A stretch of DNA of 64,000 nucleotides from a bacterium (lineage in GTDB: Bacteria > UBA8248), in assembly GCA_965200245.1 (NCBI GenBank), contig CBDATS010000005.1:160001-224000 (forward strand). The letters are read 5' to 3'. Below are positions 28,946 through 39,252 of the stretch, in pieces. The notes beneath the pieces were generated by a model, which was given only the letters and a program-made list of their open reading frames with translations, was not told where the DNA came from and did no database searches. A program made the translations under genes and the position numbers. Position 1 is the stretch's first letter. Each line of letters begins with the position of its first letter.

Positions 28946-30091
28946 ATGGGACAGATGAAATATCCAGCCGTCTTCATGCGCGGGGGCACGAGCCGAGCCA
29001 TCGTCTTCCACGAAAAAGACCTGCCTGAAGACCAGGCCGAGCGTGACACTATATTCCTCAAAGCCATCGGCAGCCCGGATCCGAACGGACGCCAGATCGA
29101 CGGCCTGGGCGGGGGGATATCTTCCCTGAGTAAAATCGCAGTCGTGGCGCCCTCGGGGCGCGCGGACGCGGACGTGGATTTCACCTTCGCTCAGGTGGGT
29201 GTTACGGACGAGAACGTTGACTACGCCGGCACATGCGGAAACATTTCGAGCGCGGTGGGGCCGTTCGCTGTGGATGAGGGTCTCGTGCAGACGAACGACG
29301 GGCTCGCCACCGTGCGCGTCTACAACACGAATACGGACAAGACGTATTATGCACACTTCCCGGTAGAAGACGGCATGGCAGGCGTCGATGGAGAGTATGA
29401 ACTGCCTGGCGTATCGGGCACGGGTGCGCTCATCACGCTTGAATTCATGGCCCCTGGTGGTGCGGCCACGGGAAAGCTCCTGCCCTCGGGAAACGTGATG
29501 GATACCTTCGAGATTGAAGGTATCGGCAGGATCGAGGCGAGCATGGTGGACGCCACTAATCCGATGGTCTTTGTCCGGGCCAAAGACCTCGGGCTAACCG
29601 GTGGAGAAGGCCCCGGTCTCATCGACAGTCGCGTCGAGGTGATGGTGAACCTGGAGCAGATCCGCGCCGAGGCAGCAGTACGCATGGGGCTTGCGCGCGA
29701 CAGAAGAGAGGCATCGGAGAGTGTGCAGGCGGTTCCCAAGGTGGTGCTTGTCTCCCCTCCCCTGGAATACATGGACCTGAAAGGCGAAATCATCGCGGCG
29801 GATGACTGCGACATCGCGGCCCGCATCATCTCCATGGGCAAGACCCACCGCGCCTTCGCCCTTACCGGTGCCATGTGCCTGGCCGTCGCCGCGCGGATAC
29901 CGGGTACCGCGGCACACGAGGCCGCCCGAAACGGTGCGGGCGACATTCGTCTGGGACATCCGTCTGGTGTGCAGACGATAAACGCGGTGATCACAGAGAC
30001 GCCCGAAGGACCTGTTGCAGACAAGGTGATCGTCTACCGGACGGCGAGAAGACTCATGGAAGGGATGGTCTGCGTACGTGCAGGTTCCTGA
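28946..30091 (+). CDS. prpF: PrpF-family (methyl)aconitate isomerase
   Basis: FMRGGTSRA, GSPDPNGRQIDGLGGG, CGNISSAVG, MGKTHRA, YRTARRLMEG. Confidence 0.92.
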   Translation: MGQMKYPAVFMRGGTSRAIVFHEKDLPEDQAERDTIFLKAIGSPDPNGRQIDGLGGGISSLSKIAVVAPSGRADADVDFTFAQVGVTDENVDYAGTCGNISSAVGPFAVDEGLVQTNDGLATVRVYNTNTDKTYYAHFPVEDGMAGVDGEYELPGVSGTGALITLEFMAPGGAATGKLLPSGNVMDTFEIEGIGRIEASMVDATNPMVFVRAKDLGLTGGEGPGLIDSRVEVMVNLEQIRAEAAVRMGLARDRREASESVQAVPKVVLVSPPLEYMDLKGEIIAADDCDIAARIISMGKTHRAFALTGAMCLAVAARIPGTAAHEAARNGAGDIRLGHPSGVQTINAVITETPEGPVADKVIVYRTARRLMEGMVCVRAGS

Positions 30092-30095
30092 AACG

Positions 30096-31016
30096 CTATC
30101 TCCTCTCTCCCGTCACGAGCCACACGCCCGTCGCCGTAAGTGCCGCGCCGATGAGCAGATGCCAGCCCAGCCGCTCGCCCAGATAGAGACCACTCCCCAC
30201 CACGCCGACGATGGGCGTCATGAAGAAGAACACCGATATCTTCGCAGGTGAATAGCGGAGCAGCAAATGGCCCCAGTAGGCCAGAAGCAGCGCGCTCGAT
30301 ATAACGCCCATGTAGAACACCGCGAAAATCTGCGGGCCGCCGATATAGGTGATCCCGAAATTCGTCTGAGAGAACGAAAGAAGAAAATAGACAGGCGCGC
30401 CGATGAGCATGGCCCATCTGGCGATCGAGACGACGTCGGATTTAGCGAGATACCGGCGATAGTGAATCGACTGCGTCGCCCAACCTGCAGCGGCAATAAG
30501 GATGTAGAAATCGGACCTCAGGGACCCGCCCGTTTCCATACTGTTCGAGAAGACGGTAATGGTGCCTGCCATCGCCGTCGCGAAGCCCAGCGCCCGCACG
30601 AGAGTGATGCGCTCGCCAGTAAGAAAGGCGGCGCTCAAAAGCATCACCCAGACCGGCTGCGAATAGAGGAGCACCGAGGCGCGCGCGGCCGCGGTTCCGA
30701 ACATCCCCTGGTAAAGGAACCAGATGTAAACGTTGTGCATCAGCGCGTTCAGGATTCTGTGACCTTTCTCCTTCCAAGGGTCTTGGTGGGTAACGCTGTC
30801 CGGGATACGCATCAGGAACCTGTAGAGCGTGAGGGTCAGGACCCCCGTGCAGCACCGCATCCAGATCATGGCGTATGGGGTAACACCCGCGTAGGCGCCC
30901 TTGATGACGGGCTGTGCCATGCCCCAGACCGCCGTAAGCAGCAGCGATCCCAGAACCAGTTCGAGCGTCATTCCGTCTACGACGGATGATCTGGAAGGGC
31001 CGGAGGAACCGTTCAA
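30096..31016 (-). CDS. EamA/DMT family transporter (start 31016 TTG or 30971 ATG)
   Basis: About 10 TM helices, VWG, LLYSQP, LTGERIT, FMTPIVG, LGERL. Confidence 0.88.
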   Translation of the reverse strand: MNGSSGPSRSSVVDGMTLELVLGSLLLTAVWGMAQPVIKGAYAGVTPYAMIWMRCCTGVLTLTLYRFLMRIPDSVTHQDPWKEKGHRILNALMHNVYIWFLYQGMFGTAAARASVLLYSQPVWVMLLSAAFLTGERITLVRALGFATAMAGTITVFSNSMETGGSLRSDFYILIAAAGWATQSIHYRRYLAKSDVVSIARWAMLIGAPVYFLLSFSQTNFGITYIGGPQIFAVFYMGVISSALLLAYWGHLLLRYSPAKISVFFFMTPIVGVVGSGLYLGERLGWHLLIGAALTATGVWLVTGERR

Positions 31017-31423
31017 CCGTTCTTCCCGGACTTGCGTGGCCGCTCGCATATTTCGATACGAATATTCTCGGGTCCCTTGATGAAGGCGATCATGCGGCCG
31101 CCCACACCTGCGGGCACAGGTGGCATCGAGACCTCGGCGCCCCGCTCTTCCAAACGGGCGACCGCCGCCACCACGTCGTCGACTGCGACGCCGAGGTGAT
31201 CCAGCCCGTGCGTCAGTTCGGGCGCAACGGAGTCGGGTTCATCGCCCGGACGGTAACCCCGGATGCGCAGGTCTCCTTCGCCGAGCTTGTATATGGCGTA
31301 GGGCGCACCCTTGAAATCCTCCTCGTAGGAGATAGGCTCGAGTTCGAAGACGCGTTCGAAGAAATCCGCCATGGCTCGGACATCTCGCGTCAGGAAGTGC
31401 ACGTGGTCGTACCGGAATTCCAC
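31013..31423 (-). CDS. VOC family protein (glyoxalase / methylmalonyl-CoA epimerase-like)
   Basis: YDHVHF, HGLDHLGVAVDD, AFIKGPENIRIEI. Confidence 0.85.
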   Translation of the reverse strand: MEFRYDHVHFLTRDVRAMADFFERVFELEPISYEEDFKGAPYAIYKLGEGDLRIRGYRPGDEPDSVAPELTHGLDHLGVAVDDVVAAVARLEERGAEVSMPPVPAGVGGRMIAFIKGPENIRIEICERPRKSGKNG

Positions 31424-31536
31424 AATAAACTCCTTTCATGATTGTTCATTTTCGCGCGCTCATATTACGCTGAACCGAGAATCCCACAGGAAACACCGTT
31501 TGCACAAACGATTTTCATCTTGAGGGAAGGATACTC

Positions 31537-32448
31537 ATGCCGAAGACAAAAATCACGAGCGAAGAGCACCGGGCAAATCATGGCGGAGCCGAACTGTTCT
31601 TGTGGAGGAAGCGAAAGGAGGGGCCCGGAAAACCGGGAGACGCGGTACTCCTCGTGCACGGTTCATCCATGGCCTCGACGCCCACGTTCGACCTTCAGGT
31701 GAAGACCCGCCCCGGATATTCCCTGATGGACTATCTCGCAGAACATGGCTTCGACGTCTGGTGTGTGGACTGCGAGGGCTACGGAAAATCCACCAAATCG
31801 AGGCGGGTCTCCTGCGGGATCGAACGCGGCGCCAGGGACGTTCTGGCGGCGGCGAACACCATCCGCCAAGTGGGCGGAGCCCGTGCTGTTCATCTTTACG
31901 GCATTTCATCCGGTGCACTGCGGGTCGCCCTTTTCGCACAGAAAAACCCCCGCCGCGTAAAGCGACTAATCCTCGACGCCTTCGTATGGACTGGAGAAGG
32001 AAGCCCGACGCTCCAGGAGAGACGCAAGCGATTCAAAGGCGTGGACTCCACGTCGAGAAGGCCCGTGAACCGCGAATTCATCAAGAGCATTTTCACGCGC
32101 GATCATCCCGGCACGGCGTACCGAGACGTGATCGGCGAATACGCGAAAGCCATCTGCGCACTCGACGATACGATCCCCAACGGCACCTACATCGACATGT
32201 GCGAGCGGCTGCCGCTGGTGGAACCCAGGAAAATCACGTCTCCGGTAATGCTCGCACGCGGCGAGTTCGATAGCATCGCACATATCGACGATCTGATGGC
32301 GTTTTTCCAACTGCTTCCGAATCCCGACAAGCAGTTCGTCATGATGCCCGGCATCGCCCACGCGAGCCTGCAGGAGAAAAACCACGGCATCGTCTTCTAT
32401 CTGATCGAGCGCTTTTTCAGTCATCCCGCGCCCGTTTACAAGGGTTGA
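31537..32448 (+). CDS. Alpha/beta fold serine hydrolase
   Basis: LLVHG, DCEGYGKS, GISSG nucleophile, GEFD, GIAH. Confidence 0.88.
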   Translation: MPKTKITSEEHRANHGGAELFLWRKRKEGPGKPGDAVLLVHGSSMASTPTFDLQVKTRPGYSLMDYLAEHGFDVWCVDCEGYGKSTKSRRVSCGIERGARDVLAAANTIRQVGGARAVHLYGISSGALRVALFAQKNPRRVKRLILDAFVWTGEGSPTLQERRKRFKGVDSTSRRPVNREFIKSIFTRDHPGTAYRDVIGEYAKAICALDDTIPNGTYIDMCERLPLVEPRKITSPVMLARGEFDSIAHIDDLMAFFQLLPNPDKQFVMMPGIAHASLQEKNHGIVFYLIERFFSHPAPVYKG

Positions 32449-32618
32449 AGACGCCCGGCGGCTGCCGCACCGGGGGGCCACTCCACTCTACTATCGCTTG
32501 ATTCGCACAGGGCAATAGGGCTAGATTAGGGCCATTCAACAGTATGGATGACAGGGGCGTGGACGCTCCCATCGATAGATGAACGAATTCTTTATCCCTC
32601 AAGCAGAAAGGCGCTTCC

Positions 32619-33440
32619 ATGGAAATCCAGGACTGGTATTCCGTCAACGAATTTGCAGCGGGCAGTTATCAAATCACCGAGGGCGGCAGGTTCAACATGC
32701 TCCTTCTGGTGGGAGACGAGAAGGCGGTCGCCATCGATGGTGGCATCGGCATCGCCAACTTGAGGAAACTCTACGAGAGCATCACGGACAGGCCCATTGA
32801 TTTCATCCTCACCCACACGCACTGGGATCACGTGGGCGCGGCCTCACATTGGGAGAGCGTAGGCGTCCACCCTGTCGGCAAGGACCTGCTCGCCAACGAT
32901 TTCTCGAAACTTGAGCAGGCTTTCGTGAACACATGGAAGAAAAACGGAAACACTTTCCCTGACTGGTTCGATGAGGAGACCTATGGCATCAAGCCCGCCA
33001 CCTTCGGCTGGACGCTCGAGGAAGGCGACACGTTCGATTTAGGCAACAGGAAGTTCCACGTCTACGAGACACCCGGCCATTCGCCTTGCAGCATTTCACT
33101 TTACGATGAGCGCGAGAAGATTCTCGTATCGGGCGACCTGATTCGATCCGAGGAGTATCTTTTCCTGCAGGTGCCCACGGCAGTGCTCTCCGACTACGCA
33201 CCTTCGCTTCGCAAGCTCGAGAAAGTCGCCGCGGAGAACGAGGTACGCTGGATCACATCGGGTCATACCGACCCCTATCCCGACCCTTCCATCATCGGTG
33301 AGTTGGCGCAGAACATGGAGGATCTCGAAGCGGGCAAGTACGACCCGCCCGCCAAGGTAGACGGCGGCGCGTGGGGTATCGTGGACGAGTACGTGTTCCC
33401 CCGTGCGAAGGTGTGGATTCAGGATCACGCAAGAAAGTAA
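32619..33440 (+). CDS. Metallo-beta-lactamase fold hydrolase (copy 1)
   Basis: THTHWDH, TPGHSP, SGD, SGH metal ligands. Confidence 0.9.
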   Translation: MEIQDWYSVNEFAAGSYQITEGGRFNMLLLVGDEKAVAIDGGIGIANLRKLYESITDRPIDFILTHTHWDHVGAASHWESVGVHPVGKDLLANDFSKLEQAFVNTWKKNGNTFPDWFDEETYGIKPATFGWTLEEGDTFDLGNRKFHVYETPGHSPCSISLYDEREKILVSGDLIRSEEYLFLQVPTAVLSDYAPSLRKLEKVAAENEVRWITSGHTDPYPDPSIIGELAQNMEDLEAGKYDPPAKVDGGAWGIVDEYVFPRAKVWIQDHARK

Positions 33441-33448
33441 TTCCGGGA

Positions 33449-34273
33449 ATGGACACCATGGACACGCAAGGCTGGTACGACGTTATCGAGTTTGCACCGG
33501 ATACCTATCAGTTCAACGAGGCCGGGCGATGGAACATGTTCCTCCTCGCAGGAGAAGAGAAGGCGCTTTCTCTCGACGGCGGAATCGGCGTGGGCAGCGT
33601 ACGCAGGCTCTGTGAGTCGATTACGGATATTCCGGTGGAGCATGTCCTCACCCACACGCACTGGGACCACATGGGCGCGGCCCATGAATGGGAGTCGGTG
33701 GGTGTCCACCCGAACGGCAAGGAGAAGCTCGCGAACGACTACAGCGCAGGCTGCAGGGATTTCGTCGAGACCTGGGAGGGAAAACCTTTTCCCGAGGGAT
33801 TCGATCCGGAGACTTTCACCATACCGCCCGGAAAGTTCGGACGGGCGGTGTCCGAAGGCGATGTGATAGATCTCGGCGGCAGAAAAATTCATGTATACGA
33901 CACGCCGGGGCATTCTCCCTGCAGCATCTCTCTGTACGACGAGAAAGAGCGCGTCCTCATCTCGGGCGATCTGGTGAAACCTGGCCAGCCGCTCTTTATT
34001 CAGGTGCCCACGGCCGTCCTGTCACAATACGGCCCCTCGATGCGAAGACTCCAGAAAATCGCCGAAGGAAACAGCGCCAGATTCGTCTGCTCGGGTCATA
34101 CCGATCCATGCGAGGATATTTCTGTCATCGGGCGGATGGCACAGTTCGTGGAAGAAGTAGCGGCGGGCAGGCATGAACCACCCGCCAAGGTGGAAGCCGG
34201 AAAATGGGGCGTGGTAGATGAATACACATCCTGCGACATGAAGATATGGACCAACGACAACGCCAGAAAATAG
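33449..34273 (+). CDS. Metallo-beta-lactamase fold hydrolase (copy 2, tandem paralog)
   Basis: THTHWDH, TPGHSPCSISLYDE, LFIQVPTAVLS, SGHTDP. Colinear with copy 1. Start 33449 or 33458. Confidence 0.9.
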   Translation: MDTMDTQGWYDVIEFAPDTYQFNEAGRWNMFLLAGEEKALSLDGGIGVGSVRRLCESITDIPVEHVLTHTHWDHMGAAHEWESVGVHPNGKEKLANDYSAGCRDFVETWEGKPFPEGFDPETFTIPPGKFGRAVSEGDVIDLGGRKIHVYDTPGHSPCSISLYDEKERVLISGDLVKPGQPLFIQVPTAVLSQYGPSMRRLQKIAEGNSARFVCSGHTDPCEDISVIGRMAQFVEEVAAGRHEPPAKVEAGKWGVVDEYTSCDMKIWTNDNARK

Positions 34274-34289
34274 CGGAGGACCAATCCAG

Positions 34290-36236
34290 GTGAACGCCCC
34301 GGACATTATTTGGCGGCCGAACGAGGATTTCCTGACGAACAGTCACGTCGCCAGGCTGATGAAAAAGCTCGGCATCCCGGATTACCGCGAGTTCCTGCGC
34401 TGGTCGGTCGAGGACATCCACCGCTTCTGGGAGGTCGTGCTCGAAGACATGGGGTTCGAGTGGCACAGACCCTACGACGAACTTCTGGACATGAGCGGCG
34501 GCTTCCCGTGGGCGAAATGGTTCATAGGCGGCGAGACAAACCTCGTCTTGAACTGCATCGACCGCCACGTGGAACGTGGTCGCAAGGATGAGACCGCTCT
34601 CGTTTGGGAGAGCGACGGGGGCGACACCCGCACGTTCACCTACGCCGAACTCTCGGCGGAAGTATCACGCCTCGCAAACGCCATGCGCGGGATGGGCCTG
34701 AAACCCGGCGATGTCGCGGGCGTGTTCCTCCCCATGGTACCCGAAGCGGCCATCGTCATGTATGCGTGTTTCAAGACGGGGGTGGCCGTGCTGCCCGTGT
34801 TCTCTGGCTTCGGCCCCGAGGGCCTGGCCGAACGCCTCATACACGCTGAAGCGCGTATCCTCTTCACGGTGGACGGCGCCGTTCGCAGGGGCAAGAAGGT
34901 CCCCCTTAAAGGTACGGTGGATGCCGCTCTCGAACGCGGCGCGATGGTCGAGAAAGTCGTAGTACTTACGCGTTCGGGCGATGAGGTTCCCATGAAAGAG
35001 GGGCGCGACGTCACCTGGGATGACTTCGTTGCTGGACAATCCTCGCAAGCCAGAACAGAACGGCTTCCCGCCGACGCCGTTTCGATGATCATGTACACCT
35101 CGGGAACCACCGGCAAACCCAAGGGCACCGTCTACACTCACGCAGGCCTCATGAGCGGCCCCGGACGCGAACTCAGGTACTGCCTCGACATGCGCGACGG
35201 CGACACTGTCTTCTGGGTAACGGACTTCGGCTGGGTCATGGCTCCCTATGAATTGGTGGGTTCCCATTTCAGCGGCCATTCGTGCCTGCTCTACGAGAGC
35301 GTACCTAACCACCCCGCGCCCGACAGACTCTGGAAAATCATCGCGAGACACGGCGTCACCCATCTGGGACTCTCACCCACGGCGGTGCGTGTGCTGATAA
35401 GTGCGGGCGACGAGTGGGTGGAAGGCCAGGACCTCTCCTCCCTGCGCGTACTGGGCTCCACGGGCGAGCCGTGGGACCCGGAGTCCTACATGTGGTACTT
35501 CGAAAAAGTGGGCGGCGGGCGATGCCCCATCATGAACATATCGGGCGGCACGGAGATAGGCGCCTGCCTGCTGCAACCCCTGCCCGTCATGGACCTGAGT
35601 CCCTGCACGCTGGGTGCTCCCGCCATGGGCACGGACACGGACGTGTTCGGCGAAGATGCCAAGCCGATTCGCGGCGAGGTGGGCCATCTCGTGCTCAAAC
35701 AGCCCATTCCCTCGCTCACCAACGGTTTCTGGAAGGAGCCGGAACGTTATATCGAGACATACTTCTCGCGCTGGGAGGGTGTGTGGTACCACGGCGACTG
35801 GGCCAAGGTGGACGAGCAGGGCCTCTGGTATCTCTATGGCCGATCAGACGACACCATCAAGGTATCGGGCAAGCGGGTGGGGCCGAACGAGATCGAATCG
35901 GAACTCATCAAACACCCCGGCGTCATCGAGGCGGCTGTCGTGGGAACACCGCATCCGGTAAAGGGAGAAGGACTAACCTGTTTCGTCGTCATGCACGATT
36001 CCTTTGAACTTAACGACGCCCTGCGCGAGGAATTGAAAGACCAGGCAGTGCAGTATCTCGGCAAGAGTCTGAGACCCGATGAGGTTCGGTTCGTGAAGGC
36101 ACTGCCCAAGACACGTTCCGCGAAAATCGTGAGAAACGCCATCAAGAAGGTGTATCTGGGCGAGCCGGTGGATCACATGGACCTCAACTCGCTCGAAAAC
36201 CCCGCATACCTCGACGCCATCCGGGAGGCGGTGTAA
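34290..36236 (+). CDS. AMP-forming acyl-CoA synthetase, acetate-CoA ligase-like (copy 1)
   Basis: YTSGTTGKPKG, STGEP, ISGGTE, WYHGDW, GRSDD, LPKTRSAKIVR. Confidence 0.93.
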   Translation: MNAPDIIWRPNEDFLTNSHVARLMKKLGIPDYREFLRWSVEDIHRFWEVVLEDMGFEWHRPYDELLDMSGGFPWAKWFIGGETNLVLNCIDRHVERGRKDETALVWESDGGDTRTFTYAELSAEVSRLANAMRGMGLKPGDVAGVFLPMVPEAAIVMYACFKTGVAVLPVFSGFGPEGLAERLIHAEARILFTVDGAVRRGKKVPLKGTVDAALERGAMVEKVVVLTRSGDEVPMKEGRDVTWDDFVAGQSSQARTERLPADAVSMIMYTSGTTGKPKGTVYTHAGLMSGPGRELRYCLDMRDGDTVFWVTDFGWVMAPYELVGSHFSGHSCLLYESVPNHPAPDRLWKIIARHGVTHLGLSPTAVRVLISAGDEWVEGQDLSSLRVLGSTGEPWDPESYMWYFEKVGGGRCPIMNISGGTEIGACLLQPLPVMDLSPCTLGAPAMGTDTDVFGEDAKPIRGEVGHLVLKQPIPSLTNGFWKEPERYIETYFSRWEGVWYHGDWAKVDEQGLWYLYGRSDDTIKVSGKRVGPNEIESELIKHPGVIEAAVVGTPHPVKGEGLTCFVVMHDSFELNDALREELKDQAVQYLGKSLRPDEVRFVKALPKTRSAKIVRNAIKKVYLGEPVDHMDLNSLENPAYLDAIREAV

Positions 36237-36399
36237 ATCCGGGCTAGAAGCGTCCGAAGGAGACATCGGTGATTATCCATACCTGACCCACCGATAAAAG
36301 GTACTAGATATAATATGTGGCCTACCTGCACCATTCCTTAAGCAGGAAGGGTCATATCCTTAAAGCTCTCACCCCAATATATGGAGACTAGTCCGTTAA

Positions 36400-37302
36400 A
36401 TGGATAATAGCCAAGGCATTGAAGGGCAGTATGTTAAAGCTGAAAGAATTTGATTAAAGGATCATCCTGACTTAAACGAAAAATGGGTTCAAGATAAAAT
36501 CAAAAAAGACACTTCAATCCTCGGATTGGGCGAGTTGGAAGTGATAGCAACCGAGAGAAAGCAACCTAACGCGGGCCGCTTGGATATGTTACTACGATAT
36601 CCAAATACAAATCGCAGATATGAGGTTGAGATTCAACTTGGAGCAACCGATGAATCTCATATCATTCGCACAATTGAGTATTGGGACATCGAGCGAAAAC
36701 GGTTTCCACAGTATGAACATTGCGCAGTTTTGGTCGCAGAGAATGTCACGAGTCGTTTTCTGAATGTCGTTTCACTGTTCAACGGTACAATTCCATTGAT
36801 TGCGGTTCAGTTTCAAGCTGTGAAAATCAGAGAATTCACCTCGCTTATATTCACTACTGTAATGGACGAACTAGTGCGAGGAGACGAAGATGAGGAACCT
36901 CCATCACCAGCGGATCGAACATACTGGGAACAGCGTGGCCCAAAAGCTACAGTCGAAATTGCAGATCGACTTTTGGAAATAGTCAAAGACTTCGACCCAG
37001 AACTAGAGTTAAACTACACCAAAACTTACATTAGCCTTGCAAAGAACAATAGGGTATCCAGCAAGATCCAATTCAGACCCCAGAAAGATTATCTCCGTCT
37101 TAGTGTTTTTCTAGAAAAATCACAAGATATTGAACAACTAGTCGAACAAGTTGGCTTTACATATGAGACAAAAGGAGTTCATACACCAGGAGCTTACTCA
37201 GCAAAGCTCTATCAAAGCGATATCGAGAATCATAGCGACACATTGAAAGAATTCATGCGCATGGCCTACGAGCGCAAAATACTTTGGCTGCCGGAGAAAT
37301 AA
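36400..37302 (+). pseudogene. Low-GC NucS/PD-(D/E)xK-like nuclease-domain protein with DUF5655-like C-terminus, in-frame TGA near the N-terminus
   Basis: From ATG 36400: YVKAERI*LKDHPDLNEKWVQDKI...SILGLGEL...GRLDMLL...RYEVEIQLGATDESHIIRTIEYWDIERK. TGA at 36451-36453. Confidence 0.72.
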
Positions 37303-37304
37303 AC

Positions 37305-39251
37305 ATGAACGAATCCGGTATCATCTGGCGACCCAACCAAGATTTTCTCGAAAACTCGAACGTCGCCCGCTTCATGAAGAAACATGGGCTGGCGAGCTAC
37401 GAGGCGCTGCTCGATTATTTCCGTGAAGATGTCGGCCGCTTCTGGGAAGCGCTCGAAAAGGACATGGGCGTCTCCTGGTACAGGCCGTATGATCAGATAA
37501 TGGATCCATCGGGCGGGCTCCCCTGGACGAAATGGTTTGTGGGGGGTGAGATCAACATCGTCCACAACTGCATCGACAGACATCTCGAAACGCCAACGCG
37601 TGAGAAGACGGTCCTCATCTGGGAGGGAGACGGCGGTGAAGTGCGCCGTCACACCTATGCCGAGATGAACCGCCAGGTTTGCCGCCTTGCGAACGCCATG
37701 CGCGAGATGGGGATGCGCGCAGGAGACAGTGCCGGCATCTTCATGCCCATGCTCCCCGAGACGGTGTTCGCCATGTTCGCGTGCCTGAAAATCGGCGTTG
37801 TCGCGATTCCCATTTTCTCGGGTTTCGGCCCCGAAGCGGTCGCCGAACGTCTCGAACACGCCGAGGCGAGGCTCGTTTTTACATCGGACAGCGGGATGCG
37901 CCGGGGCAAGGAACTCGGCGTGAAGGTGTTGATGGACAAGGCGCTGGACCCCGGGACACAGGTCGAGAAGGTGGTGGTTTTCCAAAGAACCGGGACGGAT
38001 GTCCCCATGCAGGCCGGGCGCGACGTTTACTGGGACGATTTTGTTCGAGACCAACTCGAGGAGGCTGCAACCGAGCGCCTGCCCGCAGAGGCTCATTCCC
38101 TCATCATCTACACCTCGGGTACGACGGGAAAGCCCAAGGGTACGGTGCACACCCACGCGGGGTGTATGCTCAACGTCTCGAAGGAAATCCGCTACTGCAT
38201 GGACCTGCGCGATACGGATACCCTGTTCTGGGTGACGGATATCGGCTGGATGATGGGTCCCTGGAAGATGATAGGCGTCCAGTTCGGTGGCGGCACGTAT
38301 CTGATTTATGAGGGCGCCCCCAACTGGCCCGAACCTGACAGGCTCTGGAAGATGCTGAGCGACCACGGAGTTACCATCTTCGGCGTCTCACCCACCGCCG
38401 TGCGCCTCCTCATCAGCCAGGGTGACGAGTGGGTGAAAAAACACGACCTCTCCTCATTGCGCGTGCTGGGTTCGACTGGCGAACCCTGGGACCCGGAATC
38501 CTATATGTGGTATTTCGAAAAGGTAGGCGGCGGGCGTTGCCCCGTCATGAACATATCAGGCGGAACGGAACTCTGCGGCTGCATCCTTCAGCCCTACCCC
38601 ATCGTTCCGCTCACGTCGTGCTCGTTGGGCGGTCCGGCCTTGGGATCGGACGCCGACGTGTTCGACGAAGAGGGAAAACCCGTACGCGGGGAGATCGGCC
38701 ATCTCGTGCTCAAGCAACCCGTCCCCTCAATGACCAAGGGGTTCCTGAAAGACGATGCGCGCTTCATCGAAACGTATTTTTCCCGCTGGCCGAACGTCTG
38801 GTACCACGGCGACTGGGCGCGTCTGGACGAGGACGGGCAGTGGTATCTCTTCGGGAGGTCTGACGACACGATCAACATCGCGGGCAAGCGTGTGGGACCT
38901 GCCGAGGTGGAGGCCACCCTCATCGGGCATCCCACCGTGGTGGAAGCCGCCGTCATCGGTGCGCCGCACCCCATCAAGGGTGAGGGACTCTGCTGTTTCG
39001 TGGTGCTTGCGACGGACCATGAACCGAGCGATGTGCTGCGTGAGGAACTCAAAGAGGAAGCCGTGAAATACCTTGGGAAAAGCCTTCGCCCCGATGAGGT
39101 CAAGTTCGTCGATGCGTTGCCCAAGACGCGTTCGGCGAAGATAGTGCGCGGGGCCATCAAGAGAGTCTATTTGGGCGAGGACCCTGCGAACATCGACACT
39201 TCATCTATCGAAGTGCCCGACTTCCTTGACGCCATCAAGGAAGCACGATGA
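37305..39251 (+). CDS. AMP-forming acyl-CoA synthetase, acetate-CoA ligase-like (copy 2)
   Basis: Same motifs as copy 1 (YTSGTTGKPKG, STGEPWDPESY, LPKTRSAKIVR) but with diverged sequence. Confidence 0.93.
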   Translation: MNESGIIWRPNQDFLENSNVARFMKKHGLASYEALLDYFREDVGRFWEALEKDMGVSWYRPYDQIMDPSGGLPWTKWFVGGEINIVHNCIDRHLETPTREKTVLIWEGDGGEVRRHTYAEMNRQVCRLANAMREMGMRAGDSAGIFMPMLPETVFAMFACLKIGVVAIPIFSGFGPEAVAERLEHAEARLVFTSDSGMRRGKELGVKVLMDKALDPGTQVEKVVVFQRTGTDVPMQAGRDVYWDDFVRDQLEEAATERLPAEAHSLIIYTSGTTGKPKGTVHTHAGCMLNVSKEIRYCMDLRDTDTLFWVTDIGWMMGPWKMIGVQFGGGTYLIYEGAPNWPEPDRLWKMLSDHGVTIFGVSPTAVRLLISQGDEWVKKHDLSSLRVLGSTGEPWDPESYMWYFEKVGGGRCPVMNISGGTELCGCILQPYPIVPLTSCSLGGPALGSDADVFDEEGKPVRGEIGHLVLKQPVPSMTKGFLKDDARFIETYFSRWPNVWYHGDWARLDEDGQWYLFGRSDDTINIAGKRVGPAEVEATLIGHPTVVEAAVIGAPHPIKGEGLCCFVVLATDHEPSDVLREELKEEAVKYLGKSLRPDEVKFVDALPKTRSAKIVRGAIKRVYLGEDPANIDTSSIEVPDFLDAIKEAR

Positions 39252-39252
39252 A

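Noticed and set aside
36451-36453. Selenocysteine or Trp readthrough of the in-frame TGA
   Set aside because: The position is not a redox Cys context, no SECIS-like hairpin was evident, and TGA is the normal stop for many genes here.
32619-39251. Assembly artefact explaining the duplicated MBL and ACS genes
   Set aside because: The copies differ throughout at amino-acid and codon level, so they are true paralogs.
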